NCBI RefSeq assembly: GCF_006345805.1
Contig: NC_043004.1
Location: 44,206,001-44,270,000, forward strand
Direction of reading: 5' to 3'
DNA length: 64,000 nucleotides
Origin: Octopus sinensis
Taxonomy: Eukaryota
The notes below the pieces were generated by a model. That model saw only the letters and a list, made by a program, of their open reading frames with translations. It was not told the DNA's origin and did no database searches. Position 1 is the stretch's first letter. Every line of letters starts with the position of its first letter. Position numbers and translations under genes: made by a program. Shown one piece after another: positions 43,211 through 54,819 of the stretch.

Positions 43211-44049
43211 TATTATCATTATTCTTCATTTCAGCAGAAATTTGAATAATGTAAACTTTCCAAAACATAGTGTGAATATATTTTGCGTAATTTTTTTCTT
43301 TTTACAGATTACAAACAGGGCATTTTTCACCGCTATTTTTCCATATTATGATAAATAAATGTCAATGTGGAAAACTGATACGTTGAAATATTTTCTCTTA
43401 TCTAGAAATGGATATTTATATTCAGCCCACTAACCTTTTGAATATAGGGAATTTTAATAGCCAATTTAAATTTCACGCATGTTTCCCACAATATCCATAA
43501 TCCAACCTTATTCTATGACCTTAAAACAATTTTTTAACATATTTAGTGCAAAATACATCGAAGCTTCATTGAGCCGAGGCTTTTGAAAGATGATACAATA
43601 TAAAACAGCGCCCCACCCCAAATAAATACAGAATGTTTTGGCAGCATGATCTTACTATGACCTCTCAGCATTCATTCCTTTGCAACTTTACCGCAATTAC
43701 CACGAGTGCATGTGGGAGACTAACAAGTTGTAAATGATGGCAAGGTGCTTGAATAGTATGGACTGCCAGCACCAATAAAAACAGTACCTACAACCTTCAG
43801 TTGAGACATTCTTTCAGCAACCTGCTATGACATTCATTATAAAGAATGGTATTTCCCCCATCAAACAAATGATTCTTGACTCCAAATGAGGAAAAGCTTA
43901 TTCAAGGTTCAACCAATTGAAGTCATCTGAGACGAGAAGTAAAGGTTCCTAGACTGTTTCAAGTCGATCAGTTACAGTAGATTAATTTTGGCCAAAAGTT
44001 TGTTCCGCCAATCACGTTTCTACTGTTGTGGTTTTAAATAGAATTATAA

Positions 44050-45110
44050 AATATGCTTTCAAATGTAGCTGGGCTGATCATTCTCCTTTAAAGCTACCAC
44101 TGCACCTTGTGAGCAGTTTTAGTTCTGTGGAGGATATCGTTAAAATGACTAGGCAGACACACTATAAAACGGGCCAAATTGTATGTATAAAATAGGTACA
44201 AAATATCTCAGTCTTGATTGGAGGAAACATTAATATCGGTCGAGTCACTGTCTTTCTGTCTGATAATTTAAGGAAACATTGTCAGTGATTTAACCGGGAA
44301 AACCTGTAGCTGGACTTAAAAGAAACATATAGAAATACGAAAGGAAAACGATCATAATTCGACCACATTATCCAATCGGATTTACTCTTAATATAGATAA
44401 CGCCTTAGCCCGTGCAAAAATTCACTTCAGTCAGTGGATGCATCCATCTATCTGCAAACATTGAGTTCCGAGAAATCAAAATGTGAAAGCATTCTGCGCA
44501 TTAACACAGCTAATGAAGTACGATTGCAAGTATATTGTTTTAACCTTAGTCACGTGTTGCTTCCGGGAGTGTCATGCTAGCTCATAAAATATTACACAGG
44601 ACATTATGGTTATCATAATTCAACAGATACCATTGCAAATATTATGACACAAGTAAATTCACACTTAGGCGGACGTTAACGAAGCCGTTATCATTTCCCT
44701 AGAATTTCCTATTGTCCCTTATCACAATCAGCAGCCGAAAAATCAAGACATTTTTGTAGTGAAAAGGTACTTGGATGTACCAAACATATGTAATGGTACA
44801 ATAGAAATTTTCAAAAATATACTCAAATACAAGCTTCCCATTTTGACTGGTTGTACCAAGTGAGAAGTGTTTATCCCATGCAGTCCCAACATCCCGCCAG
44901 ATAATTTGTTTCCGTTAAAGCATCTGAAATTTCAAATGGCACCGTCCTTTACGGAGACTTTTATCAAGTCTCTAGGTTAGCCCCTGTTGATGGATTTGAA
45001 CTAGCAAATTCATATTTTTCTGATGTCCCGTTCTTCACTGTAATCCCACCTGCTGGTCCAAGCAGCTATCTTTACATCAAAGCACCGGAATACAGAACAA
45101 GTAATGTTAT
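44050..45110 (+). mobile_element. Helitron RepHel PIF1-like helicase relic
   Basis: HSPLKLPL (44079), IGRVTVFLSDNLRK (GG..VLL.GDFRQ-like, ~44235), then in one frame with a stop VNEAV..EF..IFVVKRYLDVPNICNGT (CNGT 44789-44800)..ILTGCTK*EVFIP..P.D..FPLKHLKF..SFTETFIKSLG. This parallels LRNL.PP.LCNGT..IPRI..FPF.RLQFP..FAMTINKSQG. Confidence 0.7.
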
Positions 45111-46030
45111 CTACAAACCTAGTTGCTACTGTATAAAATATTTTTCTTTCCATTTTCTTCCATATATGCTGCATATCGTTTAATATTGTGGGACAAAATA
45201 TGATGTAATATATGAGAGCATTTTGTCAGGTCACAACATGAAAGATATAAATAAACACTACTTCAAAATCTTCATATGATCTTAGAGACCAAGCAAACAC
45301 CGGGGAATTCAACGTTAGACAGGTATATACTTTACAATAGAGATAAACATAAATATAATTACATGAGAAAGTTCTTCATAAAACTTGCTACTTAATCATT
45401 TAAGTTCAACAATTTTTTTCCATTTACGAACCCAGCAACCACGCTAATCCAGATAACTCGACCGGCGTATAAAGCCATATTACATGCGATGTACCTACAG
45501 GAGTGTGTAAACGTGTTTATCAATCAAACATGCCGATCTCACTACCTGAAGCAATTAATATATGCGTTCTACTTTCTCTGCTTCTCTCAGTTCTTCACTT
45601 TCCCAAGTATTCCACCCGTCTGTAAGTGTCTGGCAACTCATTTCCTCCTTCTCTTTCTCCCTTTCGATTGAGAAAATGAGAGAGACTCAGGTACACGCAT
45701 GCATGCGTATTGATATTTCCATGTGTGTGTCTGTGTCTCTGTGTCAGTGCGTGTAAGCAAATTTTCTTAAGACATTTAATGGGGAAATCTTTCAAAATCT
45801 AGAATGCATTTTATATAAAAATTTCAGAAAGTTTTGAGATTAACGCTTAAGTGAAAACTGTATTATCTTGAGACTCTTGTTGACATACACCTAGTTATAA
45901 GCGCATGTGTGTATGGCGTGCGTGTGTGTGTGTATGTGTGTGTTTGTGTGTGTGTGTAGAGAGAGAGAGAGAAAGATATATATATATGTATGTACGTATA
46001 TACATATAAGTATGAATTTATACATACGTA

Positions 46031-46100
<70 letters not shown>

Positions 46101-46192
46101 TATAATATATATATATATGTATGTATGTATATTTATATACGTATAAACACACACACACTTATATATAATATATGTATATATGTATGTACATA

Positions 46193-46495
46193 TGGCAGGA
46201 GTGGCTCTGTGGTAAGTAGCATGCTTACCAACCACATACTTCCGGGTTCAGTATCACTGTGTGGCACCTTGGGCAAATGTTTTCTACTATAGCACCTTCA
46301 CTACTATAGTCCCTTCACCATCACTTGATAACCGATGTTGGTGAGTTTATATCTACGAAACTTAGTGGTTCGGCAAAAGTGTCCGATACAATTAGTACTA
46401 GGCTTACAAAGTGTAAGTCCTAGGGTCGATTTGATCGGTTAAAGGCGGTGCTCCAGCATGGCCGCGGTCAAAAGATCTGAAACAAATACAAGAAT
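46193..46495 (+). mobile_element. SINE family A, internally deleted and diverged
   Basis: GGCAGGAGTGGCTCTGTGGTAAG head and TTAAAGGCGGTGCTCCAGCATGGCCGC 3' part. Confidence 0.8.
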
Positions 46496-46517
46496 ACATA
46501 TATATAACATATATATG

Positions 46518-46553
<36 letters not shown>

Positions 46554-46566
46554 CATGCATACGCAC

Positions 46567-46614
<48 letters not shown>

Positions 46615-46804
46615 GTTTTGGGATTTGGTTTGCAAGAATCTTGCAAACCAATATGAGTTCGTGTGTTGAAGCACTAAAAGAGAATGGCTCTCCCCAGACA
46701 TAACAGTATATATATATATACATACATTCATACACACATGTATATATATGTTGTATATATACACGTAATATAAACACACCTACATACACACAATAATTGG
46801 TAGC

Positions 46805-46850
<46 letters not shown>

Positions 46851-46851
46851 C

Positions 46852-46922
<71 letters not shown>
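46805..46922. repeat. (GATA)n array
   Basis: Directly visible. Confidence 0.95.
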
Positions 46923-46923
<1 letters not shown>

Positions 46924-47732
46924 GTATATTATCAAGTGGATAAGTAGATATTGGTACGAAGAAATAAAGACAGCTTAAGTTACCAGAATATTTTAGAGTA
47001 ATGTGTCATTAGCACCTTATGTATATTTGAAATATGTGTTTGTGTGTGTGTGTATATATGTGTATGCGTGTGTGTCTGTTTGTGTTACCATGACTTATTG
47101 TAAACAGATTGAGTGTTGAATTAAAATGTATTTATTTAAAGTACTATAAATCTCGCTTAGACATTTCTGTAATTTTACATATGTATATATACATCGATAC
47201 GAATACACACCCACATACAGCTTGTGGGAATGAAAGACAAGTAATTCAGTGCGCTGCGTTAGAAGATATCTGTAGTCAATAGAGACACAAATGCAAATGG
47301 TTTTGAATTCCCCTGACTCAATATTGTCAATACAGAACGATTTTATTGGAAATTAGAACTAACAGGTGCACAACTGCCAAAGTGTAGAGATTTTACGACA
47401 GAAGGTTCACTATCAACCTGATGCTGACCATCCATTCTGAGAAGACTAGCATTAACCGATGCATGTAAGACTCTCATTCTCTACCCTGCCGATGTTTATT
47501 CAAGTGAACGGCGACCTAATTGAGCAGATACAGCTTTGCACCAGTAAAATCGCAGGTGTTGATATCACAACTCAGTATGACGTATTAGATAGCGTAAGGC
47601 ATTTGGCCTGACCTACTAATTCCCTCAATGTAGATTTGGTTTGGTGCATGTTATGCACTGGAAATGATCAAAGGAAAATATTACCCCAGAAGGACCTTGA
47701 CCCTTACCAGTGAATTTGAAGTTACGTATTTC

Positions 47733-48113
47733 TAATGGAAGCACTCCGTCGGTTACGACGACGAGGGATCCGGTTGATCCGATCAACGGAACAGCCTGCT
47801 CGTGAAATTAACGTGTAAGTGGCTGAGCACTCCACAGACTCGTATACCCTTAACGCAGTTCTCGGGGATATTCAGCGTGACACAGAGAGTGACAAGGCGG
47901 GCCCTTTGAAATATAGGTACAACAGAAACAGGAAGTAAGAGAAAGTTGTGGTGAAAGAGTACAGCAGGGATCACCACCATCCCTGCTGGAGCCTCGTGGA
48001 GCTTTAGGTGTTTTCGCTCAATAAACACTCGCAACGCCCGGTCTGGGAAACGAAAACCGCGATCCTACGACCGCGAGTCCGCGGCTCTGACCATTGGGCC
48101 ATTTCACTTCCAC
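47733..48113 (-). mobile_element. Full-length tRNA-derived SINE, family D (possibly Ceph-SINE type), with 11-bp TSD
   Basis: Minus-strand head TGGCCCAATGGTCAGAGCCGCGGACTCGCGG; perfect TSD ttacgtatttc at 47722-47732 and 48114-48124. The family name is from memory and unverified. Confidence 0.85.
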
Positions 48114-48165
48114 TTACGTATTTCACCACTATAGCAAATACCCATTAAAAAGCAATATATTCTAG

Positions 48166-48347
48166 GCTTATGGCTACAAAATAACTCACCAAAGAACTGT
48201 AAACTTTTTTTGCAAGATAAACTTTCAAGAGTTTTATGCATTAGCACGTCCTTCCGGCGCTATTTACAAAACGGCAGTGCAACTTCGAAATACATTTGAA
48301 GTTTCTACAAAACGTACACAAATCATAAATTACACAGATAGTGACGG
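48166..48347 (+). CDS. Candidate internal coding exon of an unidentified gene (AYGYKITHQRTVNFFCKINFQEFYALARPSGAIYKTAVQLRNTFEVSTKRTQIINYTDSDG)
   Basis: Acceptor TTCTAG| coincides with an in-frame stop. It is followed by 60 open codons plus 2 nt and a consensus donor GG|GTAAGT. No homology recognised. Confidence 0.35.
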
Positions 48348-48921
48348 GTAAGTCAGCGGCAATTAAAAAGTGATGTAAAGCGGAAAAACGCTTAAATAGG
48401 TATGTTGCAGGTACATATCCAAATTTTTCTTCTGAAATTTTACGTACAAGAAACGGCACTGAATGATTTATTCTTATACATGTTTCAAATATTCTTCTTA
48501 TTCCCCTCAACGCCAGTGAACATGGATCACCGTAAAAGCTTCATAATGAAATTTCAGTTAAATCAAAAGTGGCTCTGTTTAATTCACATAAGTTAGCACT
48601 CACAAACACACACAAAATGAAACACATGCATATTACATATTTGACAAAATGTTAGCGCTAAGTAGTGTTTAGCATAAGTATTATTTAGGTTAGCTAAAAT
48701 TTCTTTGCGACGTATTTCAAATGCTAATAGACAAAAGCACTGCAATTGCTGTGGAGAGAATATCTCTCTTATGGCAAAAGGCGTGAAAACACCCAATTTG
48801 TTCCACCGGGAATGCTAGACATTGATGTTTGGAGTTTGTTGACTCTTGTCAATGAGATGGACATAAGCAGTAGAAATATGTCGCAAACATATTTTAACTA
48901 AACTAAGATTTTGATACACAA

Positions 48922-48953
<32 letters not shown>

Positions 48954-49852
48954 CACACACACACACACATACACACACACACACGCACACACACACACGC
49001 AGATATATATAATCAGCAAACACTTTGAAGTGTCGTGAATGCAATTAACCATTAAGAAGTACGTTTTTCAATTAACGGTGCTCAAAAGATTTTTATTAAT
49101 TATTGCGAAGTATTTATACTGTTGAAAAACATGTATACATTGAAAGAATGCTGGGAAATTTCTGGTCATGCCTCATCAGGTAGAGGCATCATTTAATTCA
49201 TTAAAAAAAACTAAGAGCTACTTTCGTAAACATACTATGGAGTGCAAAGTACGGAGTTTTGGCAGTGAAGAAATATACATGATATTTTTGATTTCTCATG
49301 AAACTTTTCATTTATATATCGTTACCATCTGGTTTTGATATTGATCCTTTTTCTTCTGAAGATATTGTATGATGCTTAGTAAAATCCTGTATCACGTAAT
49401 ATGAATCTGACAGAGAAGCCATCGTTTATTTTTGACAGTTCTCCTCATCTGGAAACTCTAAAGTGCATGAGACCAGCTTCAAAATATCACACACTGCAAG
49501 CGTTGGGAATTCCTTCAAAGTATTCCAAATTTATATCCGAATAAAATCTCTTGTATTTACGAGCAAAACATATTATGTTCTTTATAATTTGTTTGAAAAT
49601 TCTGACTGAGTATTTGCTGGAATGGAGTCCAAGTGAGAAATCAAACAAATCTGTTCTCTTTATTTATACTAATGCATCGCGAAGTTTTTGTTGACAGTCC
49701 ATTGTTTCTGAGTCACAGATGTGCACACAGCATACTTAGTTTTTCACCAGGTTCTTTTGCGGGTCACGCTCCAGGCCTTTAGGGAGCAGTGTTTTGTGTT
49801 TGTTGAATTCCTTTTTTGGTTGTGGCAAGTCTTGCTCTGATTTCTCTCTTCC

Positions 49853-49949
<97 letters not shown>

Positions 49950-49960
49950 GTATATATGTA

Positions 49961-50017
<57 letters not shown>

Positions 50018-50031
50018 ATATATATATATAT

Positions 50032-50085
<54 letters not shown>

Positions 50086-50106
50086 CTATATATATATATA
50101 TATATC

Positions 50107-50165
<59 letters not shown>

Positions 50166-50217
50166 CTATATATATATATATATAGTATATATATATATAT
50201 ATATATAATCTATATAT
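49853..50217. repeat. Long (TA)n array
   Basis: Directly visible. Further (TA)n arrays at about 51783-51930, 52110-52150, 52523-52630, 53221-53295, 53500-53790, 55490-55620, 56040-56100 and 59520-59810. Confidence 0.95.
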
Positions 50218-50935
50218 AGAGGGCTTTATTACACATAATGCCTCACGCTAAGAGGGACATCAGTCATTTCTACCAAAAATTTTTTTAGTAATCATACCCA
50301 ATGCAATTTTTCAAAGCAAGACATTTAAAAAATGAATTTAGTCTTATAGAAGAATTTGCAGAAGAATTTGCGACCATGCTCATCAGTAAGACTGATTCTG
50401 AACATATCATAAATAAACGACCAGTACCGTCAAAGTCGAACAGCCAACTGCTCTATTCCAACGAAGCACATGGAGAAGTTTAAAAATCATATATCCGGTA
50501 AATGGCGGGCTTCTTCGAATTGCATTTCGGATGGGAAAAGGTTTTTTCGGAATAAATTTAACAATTAAGGATAACTTCTTAATAAGGAATCTTAACAAGA
50601 AATTATCAGGTAGATAGCGTGAAAAACCTCATAAGAGAAAAATTTCGAAAATAATTCTTTCTTATTGAACATATTAATTTATATATAGAGGGCATTATTA
50701 CACATAAATGCCTCACGCTAAGAGGGACATCAGTCATTTCTACCAAAAATTTTACTAATGATACCCAATGCAATTTTCCAAAGCAAGACATTTAAAAAAT
50801 GAATTTAGTCTTATATCACCTGTGATTTCGCACTTACCGCAGAAGAATTTGCGACCATGCTCATCAGTAAGACTGATTCTGAACATATAAATAAACGACC
50901 ACTACCGTCAAAGTCGAACAGCCAACTGCTCTATT
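50218..50935 (-). mobile_element. Tandem pair of hammerhead-bearing, (TA)n-terminated non-autonomous elements (469-bp offset)
   Basis: AGAGGGC...ACTGCTCTATT occurs at 50218-50458 and 50687-50935, each abutting TATATA. Copy 1 has lost GAAA/stem III; copy 2 is intact. Confidence 0.85.
50807..50874 (-). ncRNA. Type I hammerhead ribozyme, structurally intact
   Basis: AGTCTTA-CTGATGA-GCA(tggtCGCAaattcttcTGCGgtaag)TGC-GAAA-TCAC(ag)GTGA-TA|TAAGACT. Stem I 7 bp, canonical core, stem III 4 bp, predicted AUA cleavage between 50814 and 50813. Confidence 0.9.
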
Positions 50936-51779
50936 GAGCATGGTCGCTCTATCAGCATGCTCTGATGAGCATGGTCGCAAATTCTTCTGCGGTAAGTGCG
51001 AAATCACTTGTCTTGATGTTCTGCAAACCAACTGCTTTCTTTGCTGTCATTACCTGGTCTCTGCAAATTTGAAAACCTATATAAGAGTGAAGGGTTGTTA
51101 AATGGAATTTTCTATGCGAATGGAGAGGATCTACAGGACGGACCACGAGAGCAACGAAAGAATGCTTAAGAGAGTTGGAGAGAAGTAATTCTTGATGAAT
51201 ACCAGCTAGGGAAGGAAATCAAGATGGATAGGACATATAAGATGAAGAGGGCTTCTGCGCGCTGTGACAGACGGGAGTTAATACAGGGGTGAAGACGGGG
51301 CGGGAGAAGGATGATGATTCTGGGTGATATTAGGCCGTAATGAAGAGAACAGCACAGGTTAGAGGGTTGTGGAGAAGATTCATATGCACAGGACATGAAT
51401 AATAGCAGAACATTTGAGAGTGAGAGAGAAATAAAGAAAGAAAGTAAAAAAGAAAGAAAAATAGAGGAAGAGAGAGATCCTAAAGTAACATAGTTTGTAC
51501 CAGTTTTTGTATTAAGAATAACATGCGGGAACACGCACCCGCCACGTATATTTATGTTATATTAGTTTAGATTTTTATAGCCTGTTTCTATTAAACAGTG
51601 TCTATCATTGCAATCGATTATCGATTTATGTTATTAGGCTTAAGGCATTGAATTTTTATTTTACCTGGGAGACACTCTTGTTGGATGCAAGAAGCCGATT
51701 TATATACGTGTATTTGTATATATGCGTGCGTGTGTTTGCACGTTTGTGAAAGTATGCCTGCCTGCATCTCTCTATCCAT

Positions 51780-52039
<260 letters not shown>

Positions 52040-52107
52040 AATTAATTTACTCTGCTATGTATTGAGTACCTTATTTACTGTGGTTAACCCCGACTCAACC
52101 CGGGACC

Positions 52108-52148
<41 letters not shown>

Positions 52149-52244
52149 AGATAGCACACACAGACACAGACCTAGGTCTACACAGGACTTAGTGCTTGCT
52201 TTTACCATGGGTATGAGTAAGTATTTCACTTATATCTCACGTAT

Positions 52245-52305
52245 TTATCGCTGAAGAGGGGAAAATTCGTATGAATTAACCCCGAAATTGGGACCAATAC
52301 GGTAA
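52245..52305 (+). ncRNA. Type I hammerhead ribozyme, structurally intact
   Basis: TTATCG-CTGAAGA-GGGG(aaAATTCgtatGAATTaa)CCCC-GAAA-TTGG(ga)CCAA-TA|CGGTAA. Stem I 6 bp with one G-U; predicted AUA cleavage after 52299. It sits in a ~370-bp element (52151-52522) flanked by (TA)n. Confidence 0.9.
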
Positions 52306-52522
52306 TAACGATTTTTTAGAAATTTCTATCGGTTTGTTTCGAGACGCATAAATTATAAGGGTTATTGACAATTTTTTGTCTTTTTTTCGGCATATTTGGA
52401 ATTATAATTTTTCGTTTGCCCTTATTTTGTAAATTATTTATAAATTTAACCTTTAAAGGCACTTTTGATATGCTGGCCATTGATAAAATTTTTTCCCGAA
52501 ATAAATTTTATACCACATTAGT

Positions 52523-52608
<86 letters not shown>

Positions 52609-53015
52609 ATATATAATATATATATATATAATAAGAGTAAATAATAGCTTTAATGGTTTTAAAAAAAACAACAATTATTTACTGGTAGATTTCGGCATGT
52701 AAATATAACCATTAGCGGTAGGAACTTGTATAAAAGTTCAATATATATTTTGTATATAAATAAAAAAAAAACATTAAAGCTATTATTTACTCTTATTATA
52801 TTACTAATTGGAATTTTCACTCCCTTACGACAACCCATAGTTTCTATCTCTAAGGAACTATTTTTGTAATACGCATGGTAAACTTTTGGAGGGAAAATTT
52901 ACGGATTCAATCGTCTATATAGGTTTGGTATATGCTTGCTATCTTCCACTATTTCGATGTCACCTGATCGAGAGGTCGAGGTACGTAGAATTTGATAAAT
53001 CTATTTTAGTGGAGG

Positions 53016-53082
53016 TTTACGCTGACGACGGACATGGGATTGATTTTTTAATATATTCCTAATCTAGAAACGCGTTCGTAAA
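53016..53082 (+). ncRNA. Type I hammerhead ribozyme, stem II closing pairs eroded
   Basis: TTTACG-CTGACGA-cGGA...TCTa-GAAA-CGCG-TT|CGTAAA. Perfect 6-bp stem I, intact core, palindromic CGCG stem III, GUU site. Confidence 0.75.
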
Positions 53083-53231
53083 TAACAGTTAGACATTGTT
53101 TTCGTTATGTCTTCCTTCTCTTTTGCATATTTGAATTACAGGGATATATCGTATGTGGAGTCTTATTTGTAGAAAACAGAAATGTGGCTAAGCAACCGGT
53201 TGCCTGACTTTTTTATACATTATATATATAT

Positions 53232-53283
<52 letters not shown>

Positions 53284-53370
53284 TACGTATATATATTTTT
53301 TCTCTCCTTTTTTCTCTCTTTTTTGTCTCCCTTTTTTCTCTCCTTCTCTCTCTCCTTGTTTTATGTGTCC

Positions 53371-53406
53371 CTTTCTGTAGAGGAGCGAAGGCTCGAAACG
53401 TAAAAG
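53371..53406 (+). ncRNA. Minimal type I hammerhead ribozyme with one core substitution
   Basis: CTTT-CTGTAGA-G-GAGC(gaag)GCTC-GAAA-CG-TA|AAAG. Conserved A6 is replaced by U. Confidence 0.7.
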
Positions 53407-53499
53407 ACTTTTTTCTATTCCTGAGCGTCATACTAATACATCTGTTTGTTTTGTACACCACCAGTCTTCGTCTTTTGTTGTTTTTTCGTAAACTCTCCC

Positions 53500-53533
<34 letters not shown>

Positions 53534-53721
53534 ATGTATATATACATATATATACGTATATATATGTATATATATAATATAATATATATATAATATATAT
53601 GTATATATATGTATATTATATGTGTGTGTGTATATATATGTATATCTATATATATATATATATATTATATATATATATGTGTGTGTATATATATGTACAT
53701 ATATACGTATATATATATATG

Positions 53722-53793
<72 letters not shown>

Positions 53794-54414
53794 ACAATTG
53801 CGTATGTACACAGACATAAAGAAATATACCATTCGACATATTTTGAATCAGATAACGTGAGTCTTATTATCACCATTCGATGAACGTATGTCTAACCGAT
53901 ACGTGAATTCACTTAAACGTCTATATTCTCAAAACGATATAATGTTATTCATACGTATGTTGCGAAGCAGTAACTAGTTCAGAGTTAATTATACATTTAT
54001 GCACCGATGTATGTGTATGCGTGTGGTCTGGTGTGAATGTATGGTCTGAATATATAACATTTTTTCACACTTGTATAATTCTTAGTTAATATTTCAAACT
54101 ATCACGCATAAACACACGCTCTCGTGCTAACCGGCGTGCACATATACCCATAAATATGTAGTAGAGAAAAAGAGCTCAATACATTTAATAATTTATAGTG
54201 TGTGTTTAAACTAGATTCTCCTTCTTATGAATCGAGTGCCATGTCTAAAGATTCCAGCCGTGTGAGAACTAAGCCCCGAGAATATATTTCAGTGTAAATT
54301 TCTACCTGTGTGGGTCTGTTTGTGTGTCAGTGCGCATGTTTGCATTTGCGCATTCGATATGTGTGTATATGTGTGTTTACCCAAATATGTATTTACATAT
54401 GCGCTTATATATAA

Positions 54415-54444
<30 letters not shown>

Positions 54445-54446
<2 letters not shown>

Positions 54447-54819
54447 TCTTTACTCTCTTTTACTCTCTTTTACTCTTTTACTTGTTTCAGTCATTTGACT
54501 GCGGCTATGCAGGAGCACCGCATTTAATCGAGCAACTCGAGCCCGGGACTTATTCTTTTGTACCTCTTTTGCCGAACCACTAAGTAACGGGGACATAAAC
54601 ACACCAGCATCGGTTTTCAAGCTATGCTAGGGGGACAAACACACACACGCATATATACGATGGGCTTCTTTCAGCTTCCGTCTACCAAATTCACTCACAA
54701 GGCTTTGGTTGGCCCGAGGCTATAGTAGAAGACACTTGCTCAAGGTGCCACGCAGTGGAACTGAACCCGGAATCATGTGGTTGGTAAACAAGCTACTTAC
54801 CACACAGCCATCCTGCTCC
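54445..54819 (-). mobile_element. SINE family A, full length
   Basis: Reverse complement of the 10785-11177 type, with a (TACTCTCTTT)n tail at the left end. Confidence 0.9.

Noticed and set aside
48397-48420. SH3-like motif GYVPATYL in minus-strand ORF 48241..48510
   Set aside because: Only 8 residues, with no upstream ALYDY or WW motif and no convincing splice sites. The ORF also overlaps a better-bounded plus-strand exon candidate.
49430-49620. hAT dimerisation-like peptide WNTLKEFPTLA on the minus strand
   Set aside because: Downstream conserved motifs (STY.CE..FS) are absent, so it is too weak to call.
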